Of a stretch of DNA of 64,000 nucleotides, positions 23,700 to 37,244 are shown in pieces (positions within the stretch are counted from its first letter, which is position 1; every line of letters starts with the position of its first letter). The position numbers were made by a program, and so were the translations under genes. Below the pieces are notes generated by a model, which had not been told where the DNA came from, did no database searches, and saw nothing but the letters and a program-made list of their open reading frames with translations. Source of the stretch: Phaeosaccion multiseriatum. Its lineage: Eukaryota; Protista; Ochrophyta, other classes. The stretch spans positions 4,340,001 through 4,404,000 of the forward strand of contig OZ218950.1 of the NCBI GenBank assembly GCA_965112735.1. The letters are read 5' to 3'.

Positions 23700-25471
23700 G
23701 TATCACCAAGTGCTGACCCCTCCCCCTTTCCCTCCTCGTCCCCCTCCTCTGGCAGTGCGAGCACCTCCCTAATCTCCTCCAGGATGATTCGCTTCACCTC
23801 CGGGTCTCGAAGGACGAAGTACAGCAGCCAGAACACGGCCGGCGCCGTCTGCGCCACGCTGGCCCACAGAATGGCGAGCTGCAGGCCGGCTCTGTCTTTC
23901 AGACTGGTGCCGCTCTCCGCCATCACTCGAGAGCGTTCCTTCATGAGGCCGCAACTGCTGTCAGCGTCGGCGTTCGAGTCTCGCGCTGCCTCCCCCTCTT
24001 GCAGCATGGAGATGAGTATTTTGCGGCCCTTTTCGGATTGGAAAAGGAAGAACAAAGGGACGAGAGAGGGAGGTATTGCAGGTTAGGAGGAGGAGAGGGT
24101 GCCAGATCCAGGCGAGAGGGGGGAAGGGGGGCACGAAGAGAAGCAAGGTTGGGGAGGGTCAATAGAGAAGAAGAGCGCAGGCTGATCGAGCAAGGCGCGG
24201 ATACTTTTCTTTCTGTACCCACGCAATTTGTGTGTCACTCCCCCCCCCCCCCTCAGTACCTTGTTGTCAGAAAAGAGAGCCAGGGGACTAGGAAGAGAGA
24301 GAAAGATGAAGAGAGAGGGAGGGAGAGAGATAGAGGGGAGGGAGAGAGAAGAGAGAAGCAAAGAGATGAAAGAGAGCCACCCCCTTCCCGTTGGCACCTT
24401 GATGCAGGAAAGAGAGAGGATGGAGGGACGGAAAGAGAGAGAGATGAGAGGGGGGCCACATCGCCCCCCTCTCTTACCTTGTTGGCGGCAGGCACGAACT
24501 GGATGGGCACTCCTGCGAAGATGGGCACGAGGGCGTCGTCGAAGGCGTTGAGAGCAGCGAGGAAGGCCTCACTGGGCACGCCGGGGGTGTCCTCTCCGAA
24601 CAAGGTCCTTGGGGGGAGGAGAGGGGAGGGTGGAGTGAGTCGAGGGCGGTCCGGAAAGTAGGGGAGCTCTGTCAGTCACTCAGTCACTCGCCCACTCACT
24701 CATTCACTCGCTCACTCAGTCACTCACTCACTCACCCACTCACTCACTCACTCCCTCCCTCACTCACTCACTCACTCACTCACTTGGCCGTGGAATGTTG
24801 AATGACCTCCGTCACGAATCGCAGCAAGTCCACCCCGTCCTCCGCGGCCGCTCCTCCGCTCCCCACCGGTAGGGCCTCAATCCTTGCCTTGATGGCAGCC
24901 TTGACTCGCCCCACCAACTCTCCACAAGCGCCGTCCGCCAGCAAGAACTTTGTATACTGCGCGTGCAGGGTGTTTTGCAGCTTGGTTTCCAGCCCCGACG
25001 AAAGACCAAAGGCGTTCGTGAGGACCTTGTCGGCGAAGAGGTTAAAGGAAAGGTCCTTCCGTCGCTTGAAGATGATGTCAAAGTCCTCGGCGCTGAGGAG
25101 GAAGACGCATCTTGGAAAGGAGGGAGGGTGTAAGGTTGATGGGGTGAGGTACATGTGCTTATACAAATGTCCTCTTCTTTCTTTTTTCGCCCTTTCTTTG
25201 TCCTCTGACTAGATACTTACCGCTTTCCTCCCACAATGGCCACCACGGCATCCTTGCTCTTGCTCCTGCAGCGCGCGTAGAAGGCCAGAGGCTTTGTGCC
25301 CATGCGTATGGCTTGGCCAATGAAGGGAATGTTCGACCACAGCATCGGTGGCTCGCCCGGCAGCGAAGTGTTGCGCCAAATGTGATGGCCCACCAACGCG
25401 CAAGTCACCGAGCAGAGCAGCGTCACAGGGGTGATCCATGTCTCAGCACCATCTCTACTCACGCAGGACAT
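21637..25471 (-). CDS. Cytochrome P450, CYP7/CYP8 clan-like
   Basis: N-terminal anchor followed by PGEPPMLWSNIPFIGQAI; I-helix AILWASVAQTAPAVFW; K-helix FLEACRF; PLTFR|WDRY; heme motif AFGSGYTYCP|GRKFA; C-terminus FGL|GILHP..TPQQ*. Confidence 0.9.
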
Positions 25472-26056
25472 TGGAAAGAAGAAGCCTTGAAAATTAGCGC
25501 CTTTTTTCTTTCCTTCTTCGACTATAGTTCCATTTCTGGAGTCTACACACACAAGGCGACTCCCCTCTCCTCACGAATCCCCACGGCTCCTCCACGCTCC
25601 AATGAAGGTTTGGTGGATCGGCGCGTTGCTACATTGTATGTGAGGGGGTTGTAATGGAGCGTCGCACCCTGTGAGCTTCCAAAACGATCCTATCGCTATC
25701 GCTCATCTCGCCCCCCTTGATACGAGATACCTGCACTGGAGCAGGAGCAGATCAGGCTAGACGATAGTGAACAGTAGAAAGAACCATGGACATACGCGTC
25801 GTCTGCGGCGGCAAATAGGTACCATTCCCCTTCGTTCGGCACCATCTGTCAAGCTCTGCGCTGGTTGTATCTTTCTGGAGAACGCTCCTTCCCATCCTTG
25901 CCCCCCACCCCGCGCACGCACTGTGTTCGCCCACCTTGCATTACATGCTGCTTTTCTCAACGTCCATCCTTCTGGTGCCGCCACGCCCGTCTCCTGCTGC
26001 TTGTCGTTTCCCCCCGTTCCTGATCAAGTGAAACTGCAGGCGAAGGAACCTCTTCA

Positions 26057-28265
26057 ATGAACGGCGCAACCGTGGTCGACACTTTTCCTGAATCATCATT
26101 GGCGCTGGTGAGAACGTTGGAGGGAAAGACTGAGTGGATCCCGGTGACGGGTGCAGAAGAAGCGGGCTGGGAGGAGAAAGTGAAAAACTGGGCTCAAGCC
26201 AGGAACCTCATCATCCCAGGCGAAGAAGTATCTGAAAGAGTAGGGACAGAAGCAGGGCAAGAGCAAGAGCAGGAGGAGGAAGAGGCTAGCGTCGAGGTCA
26301 AGAAGCCCTCGTCCAGCAGTAGGACAGTCGGCGACGGTCCAGCAGCAAAGGGGTGCTCGATCGAGAGCGTCAAGAGCCGCCCGGGGGCAGGTCAGGCGGA
26401 GTCGCCTACCAAGAGTGCAGCAGAGGAAGGCCAGCCCACCTCGATGCGAGAGTTAACACCCGTTGAGAGGGGTAGCGAAGTGACTGCAGCATCAAAGAGC
26501 TCCGGCAAGAAGTCCGGAGGGTTCTTTTCCAAGGGCTTCCTGCTCGGTGGCGGCACGAAGAAGAAGAAGAAGAAGAAGCAGAAGAAGGCAGAAGAGGAGG
26601 ACCAGCGGGCAAGTTCTCCTGCGACTGTAACCGTTTCGCCACTATCGCTCTCTGCGAAAGAGGCAGAGTTCAATATGGGTAGTAGCAGCAGCACTACCCG
26701 CAGCAGGGAAGAGGAGCACACAATACAAGGCGGGGGGCAGTCTCCGCCCCCCTCGCCATTGGCAGCAGCATCAGGAGCAGCAGCAGAAGAAGCTCGCACA
26801 GCAATGTTCGCTTCCGGTGATACACACAAAGTCCAGAGTCGCAGAGATCTCTGGACGAAAAAGGCGCCTGGTGGGAGAAGCAACAGTGTTGACACGTTTT
26901 CCGACACATCCAGCTGTAGTGCACAGAGTAACGAGGACGAGCAAGAGGGAGAGGCCGAGAAAGGCGCGGATGCGGGCCATGCTAGTGACAACGAAGAGGG
27001 GGAGGAGGAGGGGGAGGAGGAGGAGGCAGCCGCAGCAGGTGGAGGGGGAGAGCTCCCAGATGAAGAAGACGATTGGCTGGCGGGCACTTCGGCTGCTCGC
27101 CTGACCACCAAGAGCGGTGCCGCCAGTAGCAAGAGACGGAAGAAGAAGGGCAAGAAGGGGAAGAAAGGGGGTAGTCAGCAGCAGCAGCAGCAGCAGGAGG
27201 AGGAGGAGGAGCAGCAGTCGTCCGCTCCCGTCTCGTCGGTGAAGAGTCCAAAGGCGGCAGGCGAGGGAGACCGGCAAGGGGGGGCAGGGGGTGCTGCTAC
27301 AATGAGCAAGGCGGCAAAGAAGAGGGCGAAGAGAAAGTCCAAGGCCATGGGAGGGGGCGGGGGCGGTGGACCGGAGGAGGAGAAGGACGAGGGGTACTCC
27401 ACAGAGGGTGTCTCTCCTTCCTCGTCGCCTTCGCCTCAGGCCGGAGGGCAGATGAGCCGGACTCGGTCCAAGCGAAAAGAAGGTGATGAGGACAGATAGT
27501 CAGGAGTTTAGGAGGGCGTCATTTCTTCTCCTCCGTAACATCGGTCCTATTCTCTCTTTTCTTGTGTGTGTATGTGTGCCTGTGTGAATGTGTGTGCTTG
27601 GCGTCTTTGCTCCGGATGTGTGTGTGCTTGGCGCTTAGCTCCGGATCCGCTGCCCTCCTCTCTGATGCTCGCCCCCATACAACTACAGTCCCCCATCTAC
27701 CGCCGTGTTGCATCCCCCTCGGGTGTCTCCTGCGTCCACTCATTGAACAAACAAACGAATGAACGACCCCCCCCATCCCCTGCCCTGCCCCTTTGCCCCG
27801 CCTTTCACTGCCTATGCCTACCTGCCGGTCTGTGTATCTGTCTACCTCTGCTCTGACGGCTCAGCTGTGTCTTTCGGTGGCGTGAGAGAAGTGCTGCTGG
27901 AGAGACGCGTGGGGGGCTGTGGCATGCCGAGTGAGGGCACTTGGGCCCTGCACTTGGGGCAGAGCGTTTCCGAAGTCGACATGACGGTGGACGAGTACGA
28001 AACCGCCAAAGCACATAGCCTGGAGAGCCGCACAGAGGCGCTGAACAAGAGGGAGAAGAAGCTCGCCACTGGGGTAAGTTGCAGAGTACGTGTCCCGTAC
28101 TTGAAAATAGACTTGTCCCATTCATGTATGCGCTTACTTTTGCTCCCGCGTGTATTGGGATAGGTGACACGCCCCCCCTCCCCCCGGGCTCTTTCAGTCT
28201 TGAAGCTCATTACAAGCTTTCAGACCTGCGATTGGTTTGCTAATCCGCCAATTGCCATATATGTG

Positions 28266-28304
<39 letters not shown>

Positions 28305-29585
28305 AGCAGGAAACGCGTCAGTTCGATTACCAGTCGGGCACCAACCCACTCTTTTACCGCCTGGACGAGAAGGAGCGCAAGACTCTGCTGCTGGGCTTTG
28401 CGGCCATGGCAGACCGCCAAGTGCAAGAGGAGGAGGACGAGGAGATGATGTACGGCAGCGGCAGTCACGACCGTGCGGAGGAGGACGAAGGGGGCGGTGG
28501 TAACGGTCACTACCCTGCTCCTCTAACCCTGTCCTCCAGCCTTGGCGGTGGCCACAGCAGCAGCAGCAGCAACAACAACACTATGATGGGTCGCCTGACA
28601 AGAGGCAAGGCCAGGTCTATCTCCTGCTGCTCCTCGGACTATACTCGGTCTGTCAGTGGCGGCGGCAGCGGCCTCAGCCACAGCTCCAGCGTCAACTCGG
28701 GCGGTCTGCACGACGCCTTTGAACACGACGCGGAGGTGGGGCGCAAGGAGATGGAGGAGATTCGCAAGTCCCGCTCACAGGCTGGCTGCAACTGTCATCC
28801 CGTGGTGTTAGAGAAGCTCACCACCGCCAAACTCAAGGAGGAGCTGCGGGCGAGGCACATTGACTTCAAGGCCACCAGGAAGGCAGATCTGGTCAAGGTG
28901 GGTAGCAGTGGGGCAGGGAGGGGGAAGGGTGGGTGTGTGGGTTGCAATAGATAGGAAAGGGGGTGGGTGGGTGGGTGGGTGGGTGGGCGGAGGGTGTGGC
29001 GGGAAGGCTGATGACGTTGTACTTTTTTTTCTGTTGCCTTGTCTTGTCTTGTCTTGGGAGCAGATTCTGGCACAGTCTCTGGACGCCACTGGCCAAGCTC
29101 TGTGCAACAACAACATGTGTGAGTGTTTCCGAAGCGGCATTGGCTGCCAGGCCGACGTGTGCGGCTGCTGCAAGGCCCACCGGGGGGGAGGCAAGAAGTC
29201 GCACCGCTGTACCTCAGGCGCAGAGATGAAAGCTGCGGGCTGTGGCAACCCCGATGGTGAGCACCCAACCAAGCAAGAGCTTTGCAGTATGGCGGGCGGC
29301 CGAGCTTCCTAGGCTATGTCGGTCTTGTCTGTCTACTTGGGTGGTACTGTCTCGCCTTTTTTTTTGCTTTGGAATTGTCTCGGTTCTTGCTGCTTGCTTG
29401 GTTCCCCTCTCTTCCTCTCCCATCTCTCTCTCTGTTTTTTTTTAATTCTGTGTTGCCTTCCTTCCCCTCCCTTCTCTCGCCTCCCTGCTGACGTGTGTTC
29501 AGGCGCGTATGCCTACTCGGAGGCCGTAGTGAATGAGTATAGATCGAAGTTTATCACCGCTCGCCCCGTCACTATACCCTCGTAG
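26057..29585 (+). CDS. CSRNP/AXUD1-like cysteine-rich nuclear protein with an inserted SAP motif and long low-complexity N-terminus
   Basis: VSFGGVREVLLERRVGGCGMPSEGTWALHLG; ERKTLL; EIRKSRSQAGCNC; CNNNMCECFRSGIGCQADVCGC...CGNPDG. SAP-like LEKLTTAKLKEELRARHIDFKATRKADLV at ~28808-28894. Confidence 0.72.
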
Positions 29586-30961
29586 AGGGTGGCGGCGAGG
29601 AGACGTGTATTTATTTATGTGATATATGTGGGTGACTTTCAATAACCTGCCTCCTACTTTACAGAGACGTGGTTACGGAAACATGGATTGTCGGAGGAGG
29701 GGGGCGGACGGGCGACGTACATAGGCTTGCGTCGTTCGTCTTTTTAGAAGGGGTTTTGAAGGGGGCCCTCTGTGGAAAAGAAAAGAATTAATGTGTCATG
29801 AGGAGGAGAGGGGAGGGGGGTTTTTCGGAACCCCACTCGCCTGCCCTGGATATCTAAGAATAGGCTGGAACGAGAGAAGTGTTGTTAAGTGTAAAGAGGA
29901 GTGTCAGAGGCGACTAGCTAGCACAGCGTGCAGACAGGGCCTCGGCCAATACATTTCAACTTCCCAAAATATTCGGATTTCAGTTCCAGTTTGGCCGAAT
30001 CACCCCTTGACCCTCAAGTGGCCTGCACGGTGCCAGAGATAAGATATCCCCCATGAATGTAAGTAGCAGCTGCAGATGGGTCGGGACCAGCTTGTCGTCC
30101 AGCGCGGAGGACAAACGGGGCCTGCGGGCGGGAGGTAGGGCCCCCGAGGCAAAAAGTGGGCCCCTAATTTGGAAGCAACTTGGTACAGTTTCCAGCCTCG
30201 GCACCCCGGCGATGGCATGAGAAGGGGGTCCAGTTGCCGCGATAAGAGGAACCAGAACACTTAGAGCACCTGTAGTGGCCGCGTTCGCCCGGCGGGCCCC
30301 ATCGCCGACTCGCCCGCCCTGGACTGGGTCGTGGTAGCTAGCTGCCCAGGCTGGATCAAGCTCCGAAGGAACGAAGTGGGGCGTATACTCAACGCTAAGG
30401 TAGTGTGCAGGGAGGGCCCCTGTGCGGGGCGGAGGAAGCTGCTGCAGGGTAGCTACTTGGTGTAATCGACCCCTGACAAGGTTCTGAGCGAGGCTTGGCG
30501 AGCGATAGTCGTCGACAGCCGGCCAGGTTCCAGGTTCTGGGGGAAAGCCATATAGTAAGGCAATGATGAGGGCCAAGGCTGCTCTGCCAAGCCTCGCCAG
30601 CGGGCCAGGTTCCAGCTTTTTGCCTTGCCCTGTGTCCCCTCAGAACCGATTGAGTCAAGCGAGTTGAAAAAAAGAAAATACGCGGGTTGGTCATCCCCTT
30701 TCCCGAGGGGGGCATCCGTTCCGAGTTTTGGTTGTTGTTCCACTTTGAATCCTGTTCTCTCCAATCACGGCCACCTTGCCACGCCTGAAAACAGTGAGGG
30801 CACTGCACAGAAGGGAGCTTCTCTCTCTTACTATATAGGCCTTGTTTGCCGAGGCGAAGGAGCGAGTATCATCCCTCTCTCTCTCTCTTTCTTTTCCTAA
30901 TTCCCACTAGATCCCACCTATCCAAAGAGTAGTGGGATAGGCAGTAGAGGAAGAAGTAGCC

Positions 30962-32856
30962 ATGGCTACGACATGGAGTGGAGTGGTAAGTCGTGTAATA
31001 CTCCGATTAACCGTGCTCGAAAGACCTTACCTTTTTTTTCTCTCTCTCTGTCTCTCTCAGGTCACTGGGCTTGTCTTTGGGGGCTTGCAGGGCGCTGTGG
31101 TGATGGGACTCTTCGGAGCCTGGCGCCATAAGCCCGAGTACCGCCACATCTATCAACCTGCGGCGGCCAAGTAAGTGTGGAGAGCAGCGCAGGAAGATAT
31201 GCTGTGAGGGAAAAAGAGCACAAATAATGCGGTTGAGAGGATGCGGACGTGGGGGCGGGAACAGGGTTGAAGCAGGGCACTTAACTTAACAAGCAAGGGC
31301 ACTTTAACTACAAGCACAGAGTGGGGTGCTCCTGCTTCCCAGGGTACCCCTCCTGTTGCTCCTACTGGGCCATGTCTTTCGCGAAGATCTGTGGTTTACC
31401 TGTTGAAATGCCCGACACAGAACAATTGGATCTTCGCTCACCGTGCGGCAATTCTTCCACCGCATCTCCGTTCACCTCAGCATGTAGTCTGCCTCTGGCC
31501 TCCCTGTGGAACAACAGAAACCATGCCATCCCCTAACCTTGCTCTTTGTCACCACCCTCCCCATCCAATTCTTTCTCTCCTCCTGCCTCCCCCCCCCCCC
31601 AATAGACGCCCGGACCGCGCTGTCGGCGAGCCGAAGGGCCCGTGGTACAAGGAGGCCCTGAAGGTGGGCGACAAGGAGCTACTGCACTGCGTGGGTCTGG
31701 ACTCGTACATGCTCGTGCGCTTCCTGCATATGTGCTTCAAGCTGTGCCTGGTCGGGGTGGTGCTGGCGGTTGGCATTCTCGTGCCAGTGTACTACACCAA
31801 CAAGTTTGACACTACGGAGGTGATCAAGGAGGACACCAACTTGGACAAGATCACCCTGCCCACTGGCTACCTCAGGCCCACCATTGCGCGCCTCAACGCG
31901 AGTACGTACCTCCTCCTGTGAAGAGCAATAGAGAAGACGAGAGAGAAAGAGAGGAGGAGGAGGTTGGGGGAGCAAGCCGAGAGGAGGATGGGTCGGTGTG
32001 GCGGAGTAGGAGTAGGAGCTCAAAAACCTAAGCGCCCTTCGACAGTCCATCGTTCTGAGCTCTCTGCCTCCCTCCCCCCTTCTCCCATACCCTCCTCCTC
32101 TTCATCACGCCAAACAACACAACGCAAACAGGCAGCGACCGCTTGTGGGCATCCGCCGGCGTTTTCACCATCTTCATCCTGTTCTTCCTCAAGCTCATCC
32201 ACGACGAGTGGAAGAACTTCCTGCCCCTCCGCCTGGACTACATTGTGGACGGAGACGCCGACAGTGGCCCCGAATACCGCAATTCCATCCTCGTGGAGGA
32301 GCTGCCCATGGACCTTCGCACGGACGGTGAGTCAGGAAGTCAGACAGTCAGGCAGTCAGTCAGGCAGTCAGTCAGGGAGGCAGGGAAGGAGATGGTCAGC
32401 AAGATGTACAACGTAACGCAGGAGGACTCCTCGACTTGCTTTGCTTCCTCCCCTGTTTTGACTGACTCTTGACAACTGAGACCAAAACATCAGTCTCTCC
32501 CTCCTCCTCCTCCTCCTCCTCCTCCTCCTCCTCCTCCTCCTCCTCCTCCTCCTCCTCCTCCTCCTCCTCCTCCTCCTCTTCCTCCTCCTCCTCCTCCTGC
32601 TCCTCCTCCTCCTCCTCCTCTTCCTCCTCCTCCTCCTCCTCCTCATCCTCCTTCTCCTCCTCCCTCTCCCTCTCCCTCAACCCTACTTGACCATGTGTGC
32701 ATCGCGAGTCGTCGTCTTCACGCCTTCCATCCCCCCTTCCACACACACATCACACATCACCCTTTCCATACGACATGACACCACCTCTAACCCTTTACCT
32801 TCCACGCCCACCCCCTTCTTCCCCATCCATGACCCATCTAACCCTAACCCAACAAC

Positions 32857-32888
<32 letters not shown>

Positions 32889-35218
32889 CACCAACAACAA
32901 CAACAGCCGCTCTGGAGACCCACTTCAACCAAAAGTACCCCGGCACCGTCGTGGGCGCGCGCGTGACCCAGCACACAGAGGAGGTGGACGTTCGCACCGA
33001 GGCACGCACCAAGTCAATGATCCTGTATGAGAACGCCGTGGCGGCCAGACACGCCAAGCCAGAGAAGGAAGCAAAGTTCAAGGTTGGAGGTGTGCTGTGC
33101 TGTGGTGGCAAGAAGGTGCCTGCCGAGCCACACCACCAGGCGGAGATGGAGAGGTTGACCAAGGAGGCTTACGAGGAGCTGGAGAAGGTCAAGCAGCTGC
33201 CCAAGGAGAAGGCTTCCTGCAACACTGGCTACGTGACTTTCAACACGCCCCAGGGCAAGATGGATGCGCTACGAGACAGGAGTCGCAGGTGCGGGTTGAA
33301 GGGGAAGGAGGGGAGGGAGGGGAGGGGGAGAAGGCGGGGGGGGTGGTGTAGAGAGGTAGAGGGTAAGAATGGAGGGATGGAGGAAGGAGGGAGGGAGGGA
33401 GGCAGAGAGGGAGGGAGGCAGAGAGGGAGGAAGGACCGGGGATACCACTCCCCATACGCCTCCTGATGATGATGATTGACAGTTACGTCGCGCCTCCTCA
33501 TATAACTGACTTGTCCCTGACCTGCCCCCCCCCCCCTCTCCCTCTCCCATCCCCCCTCACTTGCTCCCTCTGTCTCTCCCATCATGTCCCCCCCCCAGTG
33601 ACATGTCCGGCTCGCTGCTGAAGTTCCCCGCCCCTGCCCCGAAGGACATCATCTGGAAGAACATGACGATGGACCGCAGCAAGACCAAGATGATTGCCTG
33701 CGGCTGGTGCGTGTTCTGGAGCATCGGGATGCTCTTGTGGGTCATCCCCGTCACCTTCGTGCAGGTGCGTAAGTGAAGTGAAGTGAAGTGAAGTTAGTAA
33801 GGAGGGTTTGTGTGGCGATGATGAGGACACGCACGTAAGTAACGTAAACACGTATAGTCGGGGCGGCGGTGCCCCTCTTACCCCCAAACTAAACAGCGCC
33901 TCCCCATTCATTGCTTTGCATGTCAATGGAAACAAAACAACACAACAGTCCATCGCCAATTTGGAGGCCACGTACGAGCTCATTGGCCTGGGCGACAAGG
34001 AGGACTTCCCCATCGACACTGGCAGCGCCGCCTACGGCATTATTGCCGGCCTCCTCCCCGTCATCTTCCTCGCCATCCTTATGGCCGTCGTGCCCATGCT
34101 CATCTACTGGAGCTCCACTCAGTCGCAAAAGGTCAAGGCTCGCAGCACGGCCGACACGTACACCCTCAAGTGGCACTTCGGGTACCAAATCGCCAACCTG
34201 TGGCTCATTGTACTGTCCGGATCGCTCATCAGTCAGCTCAGCCCCATGATCAGCGACCCGGGTAGCATCCCGAAGACCATTGCCATTGCCATCCCGGGGG
34301 CGTCTCAGTTTTTCATGATTTCCGCCATTCTCGCTGCTTTGGCTGGGTTGAGCATGGAGATTAGCGGCGCGGTGAAGGTGATTGTGTTCCGCCTGCTCAA
34401 CAAGATCCTGGGCTCCGATTCCAAGAGCGACCGCACCCTGGAGGCCTCGCGCAACCCCCCTGCCTTCAAGTGGGGCTGGTTGTACCCGCCCATGATCTTC
34501 CAACTCATGGTGGCCTTCTTCTACATCTACATTACGCCCATCATGCTTGTGCCGTTGGTGGTCTACTTTGGGTACGCTTGGCTGGTATACAAGTATCAGG
34601 CACTGTTTGTGTACGTGCAGGAGAGTGAGGGAGGAGGAGCCTACTTCTTCCTCCTGTCCAAGATTATGATGGGCGTGGCGTACATGGGAGAGTTGGTGTT
34701 CATCGCCTACATGAACATTAAGGAAGCACCCGAGCAGAGCACGCTGGGCATCATGTAAGTGTGTGGGTTGTGGTGTGGAGGGGAGAGAGCGGCGATACTG
34801 GTCGCGTGTAATGTGTAATCCGTCCCTTTGTCGGCCATGGAAACTTGCTTATCCCTCCTCCAACATCTGTTCTATTGCGGGTCTTCTTACGGCGCTGTAC
34901 TTTCGACCAATCTCTCGCCAATGTGCTCACTCACTCCCCCCCCCTTCATACTCCACCCAACCCACCCACAGCCTGCTCGTTGCGACCATCTGCACGCACT
35001 GCCACGTCGGCCGCAAGTACATCAACGCCGCTGACCGAACGGCGACCATCGCTGCACGAGTTGAGGAGACAATGCGCAACAGGCAGCCAGAGAACCTCAC
35101 GACGGATTCCCTCAAGGTGTACACGCAGGAGGCGTTGAGGCCGGAGATCTGGAACGAGGCCCCGAGGGGGTACAGGGAGGAGGCGTTCGTTGAGGGGCTT
35201 GACAAGGCCGTTGTGTGA
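30962..35218 (+). CDS. OSCA/CSC1/TMEM63 (ERD4) mechanosensitive Ca-permeable channel
   Basis: VGLDSYMLVRFL, SILVEELP, GYVTFN, APAPKDIIWKN, multiple TM helices, PIMLVPLVVYFGYAWLVYKYQALFVY..ESEGG. Confidence 0.92.
32500..32665. repeat. (CCT)n intronic microsatellite (similar runs at 37780-37955 and 47740-47880)
   Basis: Direct inspection. Confidence 0.95.
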
Positions 35219-36233
35219 GAGAAGGGACTGAGAGTGAAAGTGAGGGAGTGTGGGGAGGTGTGCGGAGGTGTGCGGAGGTGTGCGGAGGGAGGGAGGAAGC
35301 GGGTGGGGGGGGGGGGAGGTTGGGAGGGAGGGAAGGTCGGGCGGAGAGGGGAGCAGTCACGTTTGGGATGATACCACTCCTCCGGCTCTCTCTCTCTCTC
35401 TCCTTCTCTCTCTCTGCCTCTGCTGTGTCGACTCATGCCTCGTGCCTCCACTCAACACGAGAAGCATATGGGGGAGGGAGGGCATTCGCATGGGGGCAGT
35501 GTTTTGGAAGTGATACTCCGCTCCAGTGGGCACATCTCACGGAGCAGGGAGGGGCTGCGTCCGGCGGGGCTTAAGGAGAGGAGGGGAGACAGATGGAGAG
35601 GAGGGGAGACAGATGATGTGACGCCGGCCAAGGAGGGAGCACTCGCACAGGGGTCGTCACGATACCGAGTTTTTTATGTCAGGTTCATCAGGTTCATTCG
35701 TTCGTTCATTCATATTCGTATGGGGGAGGGGAGGGTGTTTAGGGTTAGAATTAGGGTTCACACACAACAGTTGTTCTTTTTTCTGTGCTGCTGGCGTGGG
35801 TCCTTACATGGTTTTCCTACAATGTGCATCCATCCAATGCCTCACGTTGGCTTGAGCATGAGCATGTGTATTTTCAGACCGGCCAAGTCGACCCATATGA
35901 TGCCGGTACTGCGTCTCTTGTCTTTTGATCATGTACCTAACCTTCGGCGGCGGCGGCGAGAATCGATGAGGAAGGGGGTAATCTGTAGTAGTATTCGTAG
36001 TAGTTGTGGTAGTGGAGAGGCTTGTTTCGCCTTACCTTGCAGCAAGGGGACCGGGCCTTTCATGTAAAACTAAAAAAGAAGAGCAATCGAAGCTGGTCGG
36101 GAGCCTCTGTATCCCCCTGTCTTCAGCGAGGGTGCGTCTCACTAAGCGTGTAGCGCACAATCCAATCTACTTCCATGCGTTTGTGTATGCTGTACTTGCC
36201 GATGGCCTTGGCTATCTGCTGTCTACCAGCTAC

Positions 36234-37196
36234 TCAGCGTGCTGTCTGCGCATTGGTGGCAAAGGCCCAGCACAGCGCAAAGTGATGCACTTCTGCCGGT
36301 ATCGTCACCGCTGTGGGAGTCACGCCACCACCACCACCACCACCACCACCAGCAGGTGGTGATAGAGCAGTAGCAGCAGCACCAGCAGCGGCGGCAGTCG
36401 GCTCCTTTGTGCTGCTACCACTACCAACTGTAGCAGCGGTCGCTGTATCGCTCCAAGGCGTCTGCTGTATCACCAACTGCTGCGGCTGCCGCTGGACGAG
36501 CAGCACCAGCACCCCCGCCGACAGGCAGAGCGAAGACACAACCAGGGCTCGGCCTCCGCAGCAGCAGTTGGTGATACAGCAGGAGTCGCCCACCATCATA
36601 GCCCCACCGCCACCACCACCCCCCTCATCGCCGCTGTTGCTGCATCGTTCTCTTTCTCGTCCATTCACCTTACCATCCAGCACAGTCGTGTCTACAGTCC
36701 TGGCAGTCGTGGTGGTGGAAGCAGCGGGCACAGAGGGGGGCTTCTTCCGCCGGCCGAGGAGGAGGATGTCCCGCTTAAAGAGTCTGCACGCCGCTCGAAG
36801 CATCTCATCCTTCTGCCACACAGGGAGGAGGGAAGCAAGCAAGGAAGGAAGGAAGGAAGGAAGGAGGGGTACGCATGTAGATACGTAAAAGTACAGCAAA
36901 CGGACAAGGAAGGAGATGGAGAAGGCGCGAGTAGACAAGAGAGAGAGAATGGAGAATGAGAGGTAGACGCCGCAGCCTCAACGCCTTTGGGCGCGTTGGA
37001 GAGTGGAGCGAATGCCTGCAGTACTGCGTGAAGACTGACGAAGTGCCTGCTGCTGGTAGAGAGCAGGGAGAAGGGAGTGATAGTGGAGTGTGATTCATGG
37101 TCTCACCTGTCGCTCAGCTCGACAGGCCCGGCAGTCGCCCTCGCTGCTGCTCCTGTATGCCGTGAACATGGCGTAGCTCGCGCACCGCTCCTGTCC

Positions 37197-37244
<48 letters not shown>

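Noticed and set aside
6470-25471. BASS 'bile acid' transporter and CYP7-like P450 as a sterol/bile-acid gene cluster
   Set aside because: Unrelated genes separate them. Plastid BASS proteins typically carry small keto-acids, so the name overlap is probably coincidental.
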